The position numbers and the translations under genes were made by a program. From Sandaracinaceae bacterium (lineage in GTDB: Bacteria; Myxococcota_A; Polyangia; Polyangiales; Sandaracinaceae): DNA of 53,726 nucleotides. Numbering within the stretch: position 1 is the first letter of the stretch; each line of letters starts with the position of its first letter. The stretch covers positions 1 to 53,726 of the forward strand of contig JBGAQA010000017.1 in NCBI GenBank assembly GCA_044220955.1. The letters are read 5' to 3'. Positions 35,425 through 49,259 of this stretch are shown here, one piece after another. The notes beneath the pieces were generated by a model. The model saw nothing but the letters and a program-made list of their open reading frames with translations. It did no database searches and was not told where the DNA came from.

Positions 35425-36180
35425 ATGACCAAGGTGGACGAAAAGAAGGATCTGCAGGCCGCCGGCAAGCCGCTGCGGGCGGTACCCGTGGCGTGGGAGG
35501 CGCTCGAGGACGCCTTCGAGAACAACGCGCCCGAGGTGCACAGCTACCTGCACCTCGAGAACGGAGAGGTCATCCGCATCGTGGACGGAATCGCCGACCC
35601 GGGGATGCACCAGCGCGTGATGGGCGACACGCAGTACCTGCGCGTGGAGCCGGTGAGCTCGCGCGAGCAGTACCGCTGGATGGAGCGCTTCATCGCCACG
35701 GTCGACGAGGGAGAGCTGCGAGACAAGCTCGTCGCGGCCATCGACGGCAAGGGCGCGTTCCGGCGCTTCAAGGACGTCCTGATGAGCTTCCCCGTCGACC
35801 GGGAGCGGTGGTTCACCTTCCGGAGCGAGCGCCTGCGGGCATGCATGGAGACGTGGCTGGCGACGCACGGCATCGAGGCCGTGGCCCGCGCGGAGTGGCA
35901 CGTCCCGACCGCCGACGAGGTCAGCAAGCCCGAGGTCGCGGTCGAGGCCGTGACGGAGAAGCCCGTGAAGAAGACGCGGGCGCAGATCGCCGAGGTGCTC
36001 CGGCGCCGCGCCGCCGAGCTGGTGGACGCGCTCCCCGCGCGTGAGCTCGACGCGGCGGTCGCGTTCCTCGAGTTCCTCCGCGACCGCAAGCACGTCCCGC
36101 GGGCGAAGGTCCGCGAGGGCGACAGCGAAGCGCCCGAGGTCGGGGTCGTGAGCGAGTCGGCCCTCAAGGCCGACGCCTGA
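35425..36180 (+). CDS. UPF0158 family protein
   Basis: WEALEDAFE, YLHLENGEV, EQYRWMERFI and AIDGKGAFRRFKDVL. Confidence 0.88.
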   Translation: MTKVDEKKDLQAAGKPLRAVPVAWEALEDAFENNAPEVHSYLHLENGEVIRIVDGIADPGMHQRVMGDTQYLRVEPVSSREQYRWMERFIATVDEGELRDKLVAAIDGKGAFRRFKDVLMSFPVDRERWFTFRSERLRACMETWLATHGIEAVARAEWHVPTADEVSKPEVAVEAVTEKPVKKTRAQIAEVLRRRAAELVDALPARELDAAVAFLEFLRDRKHVPRAKVREGDSEAPEVGVVSESALKADA

Positions 36181-36183
36181 CGC

Positions 36184-36954
36184 GTGTCCGCGCCGGAGCC
36201 CGCGAACGAGCTCGTGCCGGGACGACGCTGGCCGTCGTGCTGGGCGTGGCTCGTCGTGCCTTCGCTGCTCGCGCCCGGTGCCTCCGGGGCTCTGGCGCAA
36301 GCGCCTCTGCCGGCGGAGGCGCTCGTCGCGGTCGTCGGCGCCGAGACGCCTCAAGAGGGCGCCGACCTCGTGCTCCTCTCGGACGTCGACCTGCGCGCGC
36401 GCCTGGACCTCGGGCCCCGCAGCGCCAGCGTCGAGCCCACGCGGGCGCTCTATGCCGCCACCCTCGACGAGATCGTCGGGGAGATCCTCATCGCGCGAGA
36501 GGCCGAGCGCCTGCGGGCGACCGAGCCGAGCGAGTCGGACGTGCGCGCCCAGCGGGATCGGCTGGTCGCCGCCATCGGAGGCGAGGGCGCGCTCGACGCG
36601 CTGCTCGCGCACATCGGCGCCGATCGCGAAGAGGTCGAGCGCATCGCGCGACGCCGCGCGGTAGTGGAGGCGTTCTTGCGGGCGAACCTCGAGGGCACCA
36701 CCCGCGTGAGCGACGCACGCGTCGAGGAGGTGTTCGCGTCGGGCGATCATCCCTTCGCCGACATGACCCTGGACCGCGCGCGCGAGCCGCTCCGCGCGTG
36801 GCTCGCGGTGCGCGCGCTCTCGACCGACGTGGCGCGCTGGGTGACGGTGCTGCGCGAGCGCACGATCGTGCGCGTGCTCGTGAGCCTCGACGGGGCGTCG
36901 GTCGATCCGGAGCAGGTCGAGGACGGGAGCCGAGAGCATGTCGACGCCGAGTGA
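36184..36954 (+). CDS. SurA N-terminal-domain-like exported protein
   Basis: EALVAVVG...VLLSDV, LDEIVGEILIAREAERL and WVTVLRERTIVRVL. Confidence 0.6.
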   Translation: MSAPEPANELVPGRRWPSCWAWLVVPSLLAPGASGALAQAPLPAEALVAVVGAETPQEGADLVLLSDVDLRARLDLGPRSASVEPTRALYAATLDEIVGEILIAREAERLRATEPSESDVRAQRDRLVAAIGGEGALDALLAHIGADREEVERIARRRAVVEAFLRANLEGTTRVSDARVEEVFASGDHPFADMTLDRAREPLRAWLAVRALSTDVARWVTVLRERTIVRVLVSLDGASVDPEQVEDGSREHVDAE

Positions 36955-37936
36955 GAGCGGGGAGGCGAGCAGCCTCCGTGTCGTCGTCGCCGCGCTCACC
37001 GGCAACCTGCTCATCGCCGTCTCGAAGCTCGTCGCGGCGATCTTCTCCGGGAGCATCGCCACGATGGCCGAGGCCGTCCACAGCTTCGCCGACTGCGCGA
37101 ACCAGCTCCTGCTCATGGTGGGGATGCGGCGGGCCGAGCGCCCGCCCACCAACCTGCACCCGTTCGGGCACGCGGCCGAGAGCTACTTCTGGCCCTTCCT
37201 CGTGAGCATCCTGCTCTTCGTGCTCGGCAGCTCGTTCGCGATGTACGAGGGCGTGCACGACCTCCTCGGGGTGATCGGCGGTGCGGTCGAGCCCGAGCAT
37301 GGCTCGCCGCTCTGGAGCTACGGCGTGCTCGGCACTTCGTTCGTGTTCGAGTCGGCGTCGTTCACGGTCGCGATGCGCGAGATGAAGAAGACCCGCGGCC
37401 GGCGCTCGCTCTACCAGGCGCTCCTGCACGCCAAGGACCCGACCATCCCCGTCGTCCTCGCCGAGGACACCGCGGCGCTCATCGGCCTCGGCATCGCGCT
37501 CGTCGCCGTCGGCCTCACGGACCTCACGGGGTGGGGCGGGTTCGACGCCATCGGATCGATCCTGATCGGGATGCTCTTGGGCATCGTGGCGTACTTCCTC
37601 TCGGCGCGCACGCACTCGCTCTTGCTGGGCGAGGCAGCGAGCCCGGAGGACCGCGCGACCGTGAAGCGGATCGCGGAGGCCGACGAGGGGATCGTCGCGG
37701 TGCGACAGCTGCTCTCCATGCACCTCGGACCCAAGGCCGTCGTCGTCGCGCTGAAGGTCGAGCTGCAGCGCGACCTCGATCTCTCGGGCGTCGAGAGCAC
37801 GATCGACCGGATCGAGGCGGCCATCCGGAAGGAGCTGCCGCACATGCGCTACATCTTCGTCGAGCCGGACGCGGACTACGTGCAGGATCGCGATCGCGAG
37901 GCGCCCATCGTCACGCCCACGACCGAGGGGCGGTGA
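36938..37936 (+). CDS. Cation diffusion facilitator family transporter
   Basis: AEAVHSFAD, HPFGH, EDTAA, SLLLGE, and a C-terminal dimerisation domain ending IFVEPD. Confidence 0.92.
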   Translation: MSTPSESGEASSLRVVVAALTGNLLIAVSKLVAAIFSGSIATMAEAVHSFADCANQLLLMVGMRRAERPPTNLHPFGHAAESYFWPFLVSILLFVLGSSFAMYEGVHDLLGVIGGAVEPEHGSPLWSYGVLGTSFVFESASFTVAMREMKKTRGRRSLYQALLHAKDPTIPVVLAEDTAALIGLGIALVAVGLTDLTGWGGFDAIGSILIGMLLGIVAYFLSARTHSLLLGEAASPEDRATVKRIAEADEGIVAVRQLLSMHLGPKAVVVALKVELQRDLDLSGVESTIDRIEAAIRKELPHMRYIFVEPDADYVQDRDREAPIVTPTTEGR

Positions 37937-37943
37937 GCGTGCC

Positions 37944-38393
37944 GTGATCCGCGCGATGGACGCGCGAGACCTCCCGCGCGTCGTGGAGATCGCGCGGGCG
38001 TCCCTGCCGGAGGCCTGGACAGAGGCAGGGTTCGCCGCGGAGATCGCGGCGCCCACGTGCCTGGCCCTGGTGCTCGAGAGAGACGACGGCGTCGCCGCGT
38101 TCGGCTTCGGGTCGGTCGCGGCGGACGAGCTGGAGATTCGCGCCCTCGCCGTCGCGACCGGGGTGCGCCGCGGCGGGATCGGCCGCGCGCTCACCGAGGC
38201 GCTGCTGCGGGCCGCCCTCGCGCGGGGCGCGCGGGTCGCGCACCTCGAGGTCCGCGCCGGGAACGCCCCCGCGCTGGCGCTCTACTCCCTGTGCGGCTTC
38301 GCCCCGAGCGGCCGTCGCGCCGCGTACTACGGGAACGGCGAGGACGCGGTGCTGATGAGCCGTGCGCTCACGGCATCGGCGCCGGGGACATGA
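37944..38393 (+). CDS. rimI: Ribosomal protein S18-alanine N-acetyltransferase (GNAT)
   Basis: LAVATGVRRGGIGRAL, LEVRAGNAPALALY and GRRAAYYGNGEDAVLM. Confidence 0.85.
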   Translation: MIRAMDARDLPRVVEIARASLPEAWTEAGFAAEIAAPTCLALVLERDDGVAAFGFGSVAADELEIRALAVATGVRRGGIGRALTEALLRAALARGARVAHLEVRAGNAPALALYSLCGFAPSGRRAAYYGNGEDAVLMSRALTASAPGT

Positions 38394-38700
38394 GCACGGC
38401 CGCGACGAGCGCCAGGAAGAGCGAGAGGAGCACGCCGGCGGCGATGCCGAGCGGGCGGAACATCCTCTCGCCACCGCGGTCCGCCAGCGCCATCCCGCCG
38501 AACGCGCCCGCGACGAAGAGCGCGAACGTGGTCGGGACGACGGGGTAGCCGCCGCCCGTGTCGTCGGAGAACGCCAGGAAGAGCAGGTAGTTCAGCAGCA
38601 TCCCGGCCGAGCCCCCGGCGATCCAGCCGAGCGCGGTCGTCAGGCGTGCGCGCGGCGATGGCGCGGCGGGAGAAGGCGGCGTCGCGGGTTCGTCGCTCAT
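38368..38700 (-). CDS. Small membrane protein (3 TM), hypothetical
   Basis: ATG at 38700 within ORF 38368..38766; three hydrophobic stretches. Confidence 0.6.
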   Translation of the reverse strand: MSDEPATPPSPAAPSPRARLTTALGWIAGGSAGMLLNYLLFLAFSDDTGGGYPVVPTTFALFVAGAFGGMALADRGGERMFRPLGIAAGVLLSLFLALVAAVLMSPAPMP

Positions 38701-38855
38701 CGGCGCGCCGGCCTTAGCACGCTTCGACCGGGGGGCGTTTTTCGCGGATCGTGAAGTGTCATCCAAGGGTGGGCGTGCTCACGGGCTCGAATGGCCGCGG
38801 ATCGCTGCCGTGGTCGGCGTGTTAGGCTGCCGGTTCCCGCGAGAGGTGTTGAGGC

Positions 38856-40118
38856 GTGGCCAAGGACAAGGACAAGAAGAAGGATTCCTCCGGGGACGAC
38901 GAGCTCGATCTCGCGTCTCTCTCCGCGCTCGTGCGCCCCTCCGATCCGGGCGTGCCGGACGAGAAGGATGGCGACGACGCGAAGCTCGATCTGAGGGCGC
39001 TCGTCGCCTCCGTCCCGCCCCCGGCGCCGGTGGATCCAGAGCCCGTCAAGGCCGCGGCTCCGGCGGAGGCCAAGCGTGCGGAGCACGCCCCGAAAGAGGC
39101 CAAGAAGGCTGGCGCCGGCGCAGCGTCTGCCGAGAAGTCCGGCAAGCTCGCCGCGGTGGTCCCGGCGCCGGCCCCCGCGCCCGCCGCCGGTGGCGGCAGC
39201 GGCATGGGCATCGGCATCGGCCTCGGCTTCGGGCTCGCGATCGCCGCGGTGGCCTGGTTCGTGATGAACGGCTCGTCCACCACCGCCACGACGGCCGCGT
39301 CGGACTCCCCGACGACGGTCGCCTTGGCGGACCGCGCGCCCGCGCGCGCCGACCGTCTCCCGGAGGCTGCGCCGGAGATCGAGGCCGCCGACCGCGAGTC
39401 GGAGCCGGCCGCGCCCCCCGTCGCACCACCTCCGGCTGCCGATCAGATCGAGGACAGCGCCGACGACGAGATCGAGGAGGCGGAGCCGGCTCCCGCGGCG
39501 GTCGTAGCGCCCGAGTCCGACGACGACGACGAGGTCGAGGCGGACGACCACGAGGAGGAAGAGGCCCACGAGTCCGAGACGCGTCGCGCGGCCGCGTCAC
39601 GCTCGCGCCGCGGCTCGAGCGCGACGGCGTCCACCGCCTCGACGGCGTCCACCGCGGCCGCCCCCCCGCCTGCCACGCGCGTCGCGTCCGCGGACCCACC
39701 GCCCGCCACGACCGCGCGGCGGGGCGGCGGCCTCGACTCCGTCCTGGACCAGGCGCTCGGCACTTCGCGGACTGCGCCGGCGCCGACGACGACGGCCGCC
39801 CGCACCGCGTCCACGGCCCGGACCGCGCCGTCGGGTGACCTGCCCGATCAGCCCAGCCAGGCCGACGTGCGGCGCGTCCTCGCGAGCGTCATGCCGCAGA
39901 TCCGGTCGTGCGCTGGCGAGCAGGTCGGCCTCGCGGTCGCGACGCTCATGGTCCGGAGCGACGGAACCGTCGCGAGCGCGGCCGTCGCCGGTAGCCCCTT
40001 CGGCGGCACGCCGCAGGGCTCGTGCATGGAGGGCGCGCTCCGGGGCGCGCACTTCCCCGCGTTCCGGCAGACGACGTTCCGGGTCCAGTACCCCATGTCG
40101 ATCCGCCCCGCGTCCTGA
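38856..40118 (+). CDS. Single-pass membrane protein with AgmX/GltJ-like C-terminal domain
   Basis: N-terminal LDLASL / LDLRAL motifs, one TM helix, an acidic/Pro linker, and a C-domain RSC...GSCMEGALRGAHFPAF...VQYP. Confidence 0.65.
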   Translation: MAKDKDKKKDSSGDDELDLASLSALVRPSDPGVPDEKDGDDAKLDLRALVASVPPPAPVDPEPVKAAAPAEAKRAEHAPKEAKKAGAGAASAEKSGKLAAVVPAPAPAPAAGGGSGMGIGIGLGFGLAIAAVAWFVMNGSSTTATTAASDSPTTVALADRAPARADRLPEAAPEIEAADRESEPAAPPVAPPPAADQIEDSADDEIEEAEPAPAAVVAPESDDDDEVEADDHEEEEAHESETRRAAASRSRRGSSATASTASTASTAAAPPPATRVASADPPPATTARRGGGLDSVLDQALGTSRTAPAPTTTAARTASTARTAPSGDLPDQPSQADVRRVLASVMPQIRSCAGEQVGLAVATLMVRSDGTVASAAVAGSPFGGTPQGSCMEGALRGAHFPAFRQTTFRVQYPMSIRPAS

Positions 40119-40142
40119 CCCCGACCGCCGAGCTTCGCGAAG

Positions 40143-40178
40143 AGCGCCGGGCCCGCGAGAGCCCGGCGCTTCTTTTTT
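40143..40178 (+). terminator. Rho-independent terminator
   Basis: AGCGCCGGGC-ccgcgaga-GCCCGGCGCT followed by TCTTTTTT. Confidence 0.85.
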
Positions 40179-40279
40179 GATCCACCACGCCTCGCGGATC
40201 GCATCGGGGCACGCAGCGCGATCACCCAAGATACAGTGGTGGTCACGGACTGAGCCCCACCACCCCTCGACGGAATCCG

Positions 40280-40308
40280 TTGCAAGGGCGATCGCGAGAT
40301 CGTACAAG
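40280..40308 (+). promoter_or_regulatory. Putative sigma-70-type promoter for smc
   Basis: TTGCAA-17 nt-TACAAG, about 75 bp upstream of the ATG. Confidence 0.4.
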
Positions 40309-40381
40309 TGGTCGCTCGTTTCTCGCAGCGCCCAGGGACCTCGGCGCGCGCGAATCCGCCCATGAGAGAGCGTCAAGCGCG

Positions 40382-43990
<3,609 letters not shown>

Positions 43991-43999
43991 CGGAGCGTC

Positions 44000-44548
44000 G
44001 TGTACGCGGGCATCTTCGTCGGCGGGCGCTCGGCGCGCATGGGGCGGACCAAGGCCTTGCTCGAGGCCCCGTCGGGATCGACGCTGGTCGAGCACTGGGT
44101 GGCGCTCGCGCGCGCGTGCGGGGCGACGCCGCTCATCGTGGGCCAGCGCGACGACGTCCCGCCGATCGTCGAGGTCGTGGAGGACGCCGCACACGACGCG
44201 GGCCCGCTCGCCGGGCTCGTCGCCCTGCTCGAGCGGGCGAGGGGAGGGCGCGCGCTCGCCGTCGCGTGCGACATGCCCTTCGTCGAGGGCGCCCTGCTCC
44301 GCCGGCTGATCGACGCGCCCGGGGCCGGCGCGCTCGCTCCGCGGCGTGAGGGCGTGTGGGAGCCGCTCTTCGCCCGCTTCGACGCGGACACCGCGCTCCC
44401 GGTCGCGCGCGAGCGGCTGGCGCGCCGGCAGCTATCGCTGCAAGGGCTCCTCGAGCAGCTGGACGTGACCGAGCTCGTGCTCTCCGCGGCCGAAGCGCGG
44501 CAGCTCGACGACTGGGACCGGCCCGAGGATCTCACCCGCTCGCGCTGA
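44000..44548 (+). CDS. mobA: Molybdenum cofactor guanylyltransferase
   Basis: GGRSARMGRTKALL, GPLAGL, VACDMPF and EPLFA. Confidence 0.85.
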   Translation: MYAGIFVGGRSARMGRTKALLEAPSGSTLVEHWVALARACGATPLIVGQRDDVPPIVEVVEDAAHDAGPLAGLVALLERARGGRALAVACDMPFVEGALLRRLIDAPGAGALAPRREGVWEPLFARFDADTALPVARERLARRQLSLQGLLEQLDVTELVLSAAEARQLDDWDRPEDLTRSR

Positions 44549-46010
44549 GCGAGGGCGGGCTCGGGGTCGCCCCGGGGGCGCTCGGCCTCAGCGCGGGCAT
44601 CCCGCGCGTGATCGCCGAGAACACGGGCGTGGTCGCGAAGGTCGTCACGACCGCCATCAGGACGAACATCGTGAACACGGTGGGGGAGAGCACGCCCATG
44701 TCGAGCCCGACGTTGAGGACGATGAGCTCCATGAGGCCGCGCGTGTTCATCAAGATCCCGAGGGCCGACGACTCCCGCCACCCGAGGCGCGCGAATCGAG
44801 CCGCCACCAGCGTGCCGCCGAACTTGCCGAGGGTCGCGACGCCGATCACGGCCGAGCACGCGAGCCAGTCGTCGGTCGTGACGACGAGGCCGATCTCGGT
44901 CCGCATCCCGGTGAACGCGAAGAACACCGGTAGCAGCAGCACGACCACGACGTCCTCGAGCCTGGCGCGCAGCTGCTGGGCGAGCCGCCCCTCGTGCGGG
45001 AGCACGGCGCCGACCACGAACGCTCCGAAGAGCGCGTGGATGCCGATCGACTCGGTCGCGACCGACGAGAGCAAGAGACACGCGAACACGATCGCGAGCA
45101 CGTCGAGCGACACCGGCCCGCTGCGCTTCTCCTCGCGCGCGGCGAGGCGCGCCAGCAGCGGGCGCGCGACCACCACCATGACGGCCACGTAGAGCACGAC
45201 GAAGCCGAGCGTGAAGAGCGCGCCGTGGATCTGCGACGTGGCGATGCCCGACACGATCGCGAGCAAGCACCACGCGGTCACGTCGTCGACGGCGGCGCAC
45301 GCGATCGCCGTCGCCCCGAGCGGCGTGCCCGAGACCCTTCGGTCGGTGAGGATCCGTGCGAGCACGGGGAACGCCGTCACCGACATCGACACGCCGACGA
45401 AGAGCGCGAACGTGGTGAACGAGACGGCGTCGGTCGCGTAGCGCGGGTAGAGGTACGTCGCGAGGGCCGCCCCGAGGACGAAGGGCACGACGATGCTCGC
45501 GTGCGAGATGGCCACCGTGGCGTGCGTCGTCCCGCGCAGGAGCTTCGTGTCGAGCTCGAGCCCGACGAGGAACATGAACAGCACGACGCCGATCTTGGCC
45601 ACGATGCCCAGGTGCGGCGCGGCGTCCGACGCGAGCACGACCGCCTGCACGCCAGGGGCGATCGCGCCGAGCACCGAGGGCCCGAGCAGGATGCCCGCGA
45701 CGATCTCGCCCATCACCGCGGGCTGTCCGAGCCAGCGCTCGAAGGCCGATCCCGTCGCCCGGGCGACGAGCACGATCACGGCCATGGAGAGCAGGACGTG
45801 CGCGAGCGCAGCCGGATGGGTCGCGGCGCCGCCGGCCGTGGTCACGACCTGCCCGTGGGGCGCCTGTAGGGACTCGCCGACCTCTCGCACGAGCCAGAAC
45901 ACGAGCGCACCGAGTCCCAGCACGCCCCCGTAGAACGCGAGAGAGGCGAGCGGGCGCGCGCTGCCGAGCAGCGACTCCTTCATCGTCTGTGGGCGATGGG
46001 CGGGGCTCAT
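44532..46010 (-). CDS. Cation:proton antiporter (CPA2)
   Basis: GQPAVMGEIVAGILLGPS, FMFLVGLE, TAFPVLARIL, AAVDD, HALFGAF and MNTRGLMELI. Confidence 0.92.
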   Translation of the reverse strand: MSPAHRPQTMKESLLGSARPLASLAFYGGVLGLGALVFWLVREVGESLQAPHGQVVTTAGGAATHPAALAHVLLSMAVIVLVARATGSAFERWLGQPAVMGEIVAGILLGPSVLGAIAPGVQAVVLASDAAPHLGIVAKIGVVLFMFLVGLELDTKLLRGTTHATVAISHASIVVPFVLGAALATYLYPRYATDAVSFTTFALFVGVSMSVTAFPVLARILTDRRVSGTPLGATAIACAAVDDVTAWCLLAIVSGIATSQIHGALFTLGFVVLYVAVMVVVARPLLARLAAREEKRSGPVSLDVLAIVFACLLLSSVATESIGIHALFGAFVVGAVLPHEGRLAQQLRARLEDVVVVLLLPVFFAFTGMRTEIGLVVTTDDWLACSAVIGVATLGKFGGTLVAARFARLGWRESSALGILMNTRGLMELIVLNVGLDMGVLSPTVFTMFVLMAVVTTFATTPVFSAITRGMPALRPSAPGATPSPPSLSASG

Positions 46011-46081
46011 CGACGGGCCCCACGCCTAGCACGACGCGCGGGGAGCGCGACCGGCGGGTCGCCCGCCTCGGGCGGCGCGAC

Positions 46082-49000
46082 TCAGGGGTGGAACGTCTCG
46101 CGGCTCACCGCGCCCGCCACGACGTCGTCGACGGTGTAGCGCAGCGGGATCGCCCGGTTGCCGAGCCAGAGCGGCGCCTGATCCGAGAAGTGCGGCGACA
46201 CGGTGCGACCCGACTGCCCGCCCGGCAAGATGTTCTGCCCCTCGACCATCCCCGCGTGCAGGCGCACGACCATGCGCATGTTGGGGCCGTAGCCGTACGT
46301 GTAGTTCGTGCCCACGGTGAAGCTCGCGTTCGCGGCGTCGACGTTGTCGAAGTCGCCCGGTCGCGGGAACCACTTCAGTCCCGCGCGCGGGTCGCCGGCC
46401 GGAAGGCTCGCGGCGAGCGGGATGCGACGCGTGTCGATCGCGAACGCCGCCGCGAGCAGGTCCACGCCCGGGACGTTGCCCGCGTAGATCGTCAGGATCG
46501 ACTCGAAGCGCACCTGGTGGCGCAGGCCGTAGATCCACGTGTCCTGATCGGTCGAGCCGAAGCCGCCCGAGAGGTCCGCCGCCTGCGGCTGCGCGAGCGC
46601 GTGCAGCGCGTCAGCGAGGGCGCCCACCAGCGCCTCGTCGCTGCGCTCGACGGGCGCGCTGCCCCGGACGTCGAAGAAGATCGACTCGCTCGTCGCGGGG
46701 TTGAACGAGGCGAGGGCCTCGGGGTTGCCGGCCCCGCGTCCGTCGAAGAGCCGCCGCAGCGAGTCGAGGTACTGAGTGCGCGGATCGAACTCGAAGGCCG
46801 CCGCGATGTCCTCGTCGGCCCAGATGCGGTGGAGCAGCTGCCGGAACCACTCCACATGGATCATCGCCGCGACCGCGTCCGTGGCGTGCGTGGCCCCCGC
46901 GTCGTCGTAGCTGGTGTCGACGCCGGAGTAGGCGATCGCGCCCGCGGCGAGCCACGCGTCGAGCCGTCCCGCCGCTTCGTCGAGCGCGCCACGGTCGGCC
47001 GTGTAGAGCGAAACGAGGCGGCTCTGGTCGGCGTCGAGGGTCCCGCCCCCGTCCGCGAGCGTCCGGGCTCGCGCGATCGCGTCGTGCAGCAGCGGAAGGT
47101 ACTCCTGGCCGGTCGGTGAGTGGTGGTCGGCCTGCAGCGAGGCCATCGCGTCGACCGTCGCGCCGTGCGAGGTGACGAGCGCGGCGAGCCGGGTGTGGAT
47201 GGTGTCGGCGCGGTAGCCCGCGGCGTACTGGGTGCCGAGGTAGTACGGGTCGTCGTCGAGGTCGCCGTCGAGCGTGGTCCCCGCGACGTCGTTGTTCGCC
47301 GTGAGCACGAACCCGCGATCCGGATCCTGCGAGCGCGGCCACACGTCGTACGGGACGATGCACCGGCTCGGATCGCTCGCGCCTGCCGTCTCGTCGGGCA
47401 TCCCGGTCGCGTCGAGCGGGATCGTGAAGCCGCCGAACTGCGTTCCGTCGATGACGCGACGCGGGTTGCCGCCCGCCGCCCAGCCCGTCGTGCTGCCGCT
47501 CGGCCGCAGGTAGCCGCGGCATGGGGTCGCGTTGTACGCGGTGTACGCGACGCTGCCGGTGTCGTCGGCGAAGAGGAAGTTCTGCGTGTAGCCGACGTTG
47601 CGACGCGTCGCGTCCTGCATCTGCTCCACCGTCGTCGCGGCGCCGAGCTCGTCGATCATCCGGAGGACGTTGGACACGTCGTAGGCCAGGTAGTCGAGCG
47701 AGAGACCGCTGACGATCCCGTCGTGGTCGGTGTCGCCCGGGATCACCTGCGCGCCGCCGATCCAGAGGATCGACTCGCCCGGGCCCGGGACCTCGCCCGT
47801 CGCCGGCGTCCGGCCTTCGATGCCCATGAGGTGTCGCCCGTCGAACGTCACGAAGCGCGGGTGCATCTCGGTGTGGCCCACCGACATCAGGCCGGGCGCG
47901 TTCGCGATGACGTAGGTCTCGGGCACGGCGGTGAGCGGCCGCTCCGTGCCCTGGAACGTCGCGCTGACCGGGACGCCCGCGGCATCCAGCGTGATCTCCT
48001 CGCGGAACCAGTCGGCCGCGTCGGCGTTCAGGTAGGTCTGGCTCCAGATCACGTGGCCGTTCGTGCCCGGGCCGAGCTGCACGATGCCGGGGATTCCCAT
48101 GCCCATCTGGTGGCGGCCCGTCGCCGCGTCTCCGAACACCGTCGTGTCGAGGCCGAGCTGATAGAAGATCAGCGTCGGCACCGAGAGGGCGAGGTGTCCG
48201 TCCGCGGCGAACACGCTCGAGCCGTCGCTCGTGCCGAGCGCCGAGACGGCCCAGGCGTTCGACCCGAAGTCGGCGCCGCGCTCGGGGTGGATCCCGTGCC
48301 GTTCGATCGACTCGAGCGTGCGCGCCAGCATGGACGCGGGCAGGCCCGGCAGCGGCGGCGAGATCATGGGCCTGTGCACGCGCTCGGCGCGCGACATCAG
48401 CGCGCCCATCTCCAGGCCGTAGCAGGGCGGGCTCGCGCACTCGACGCTCAGGGTCGGGCGCGCGGGATCGGCGCGCGTCAGGACGTCGACGAGCGCGCCG
48501 TCGCGGCGCAGCGCCTCGAAGGGGTCGCCCGTGAAGCGCGCCCGGACCACGTCCTCGGCCTCGCTCGCGGCGACGTCGTTCTGGTCGAAGCCGGTCTGGA
48601 AGACGATCGTCGACGCGACACCGCAGAGCCCGGCGCGATCCATCCGCGGCATGATGTCGGCCGGAGCGCGCGCTCCGAGGATGGCGCGGAACGTCGCGAA
48701 CTCGTCGGGCACGCGCTCGTCGCCGGCTCGCACGGCGTCGATGTACGCGTTGACGCCCTCGGCGTACGCGTCCATCCGCATCTCCTGATCGGAGGTGAGG
48801 TTCGCGCAGATGCGATCGGACACCTCGCGCAGGCCCTGGCTCCGCGTCGTCACGTCCGACGAGAGCCCGCCCTGTCCGACGAGCGAGCCGACCTCGCCCC
48901 GCCCGTTGAGGCGATAGAGCGTCATCTGGAAGAAACGATCGCGGGCGGCGAGATAGCCCTGGACCGTGCTGAGGTCGTGCTCGTTCGCCGCGTAGACGTG

Positions 49001-49228
49001 CGGCACGCCGAGCTCCGTGTACACGACCTCGACGTGATCGGTGAGCGTCGGCAGCGCGACCGAGCCGCTCGACGTGATGCCGAGGATGCGGCCCGGATCG
49101 CCCGGCGGCAGCGGTGCGTCGGCGCCGGCATCGCTCGGCGCGTCGAGATCGGGGGCGGCGTCTTCGGGCGGCGGCGGCGTGGTGCACGAGGCGAGCAGCG
49201 CGATCATCACGACACGACGGAACGACAT
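46082..49228 (-). CDS. Penicillin acylase family (Ntn-hydrolase) lipoprotein
   Basis: ATG at 49228; lipobox LASC; GVPHVYA, QGYLAARDRFFQM, beta-subunit start G|SNAWAV, TANN and PGGQSG...SPHFSDQ. Confidence 0.9.
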   Translation of the reverse strand: MSFRRVVMIALLASCTTPPPPEDAAPDLDAPSDAGADAPLPPGDPGRILGITSSGSVALPTLTDHVEVVYTELGVPHVYAANEHDLSTVQGYLAARDRFFQMTLYRLNGRGEVGSLVGQGGLSSDVTTRSQGLREVSDRICANLTSDQEMRMDAYAEGVNAYIDAVRAGDERVPDEFATFRAILGARAPADIMPRMDRAGLCGVASTIVFQTGFDQNDVAASEAEDVVRARFTGDPFEALRRDGALVDVLTRADPARPTLSVECASPPCYGLEMGALMSRAERVHRPMISPPLPGLPASMLARTLESIERHGIHPERGADFGSNAWAVSALGTSDGSSVFAADGHLALSVPTLIFYQLGLDTTVFGDAATGRHQMGMGIPGIVQLGPGTNGHVIWSQTYLNADAADWFREEITLDAAGVPVSATFQGTERPLTAVPETYVIANAPGLMSVGHTEMHPRFVTFDGRHLMGIEGRTPATGEVPGPGESILWIGGAQVIPGDTDHDGIVSGLSLDYLAYDVSNVLRMIDELGAATTVEQMQDATRRNVGYTQNFLFADDTGSVAYTAYNATPCRGYLRPSGSTTGWAAGGNPRRVIDGTQFGGFTIPLDATGMPDETAGASDPSRCIVPYDVWPRSQDPDRGFVLTANNDVAGTTLDGDLDDDPYYLGTQYAAGYRADTIHTRLAALVTSHGATVDAMASLQADHHSPTGQEYLPLLHDAIARARTLADGGGTLDADQSRLVSLYTADRGALDEAAGRLDAWLAAGAIAYSGVDTSYDDAGATHATDAVAAMIHVEWFRQLLHRIWADEDIAAAFEFDPRTQYLDSLRRLFDGRGAGNPEALASFNPATSESIFFDVRGSAPVERSDEALVGALADALHALAQPQAADLSGGFGSTDQDTWIYGLRHQVRFESILTIYAGNVPGVDLLAAAFAIDTRRIPLAASLPAGDPRAGLKWFPRPGDFDNVDAANASFTVGTNYTYGYGPNMRMVVRLHAGMVEGQNILPGGQSGRTVSPHFSDQAPLWLGNRAIPLRYTVDDVVAGAVSRETFHP

Positions 49229-49259
49229 CGCCGGATCGTACTTGAAAACCGACGCGTAC

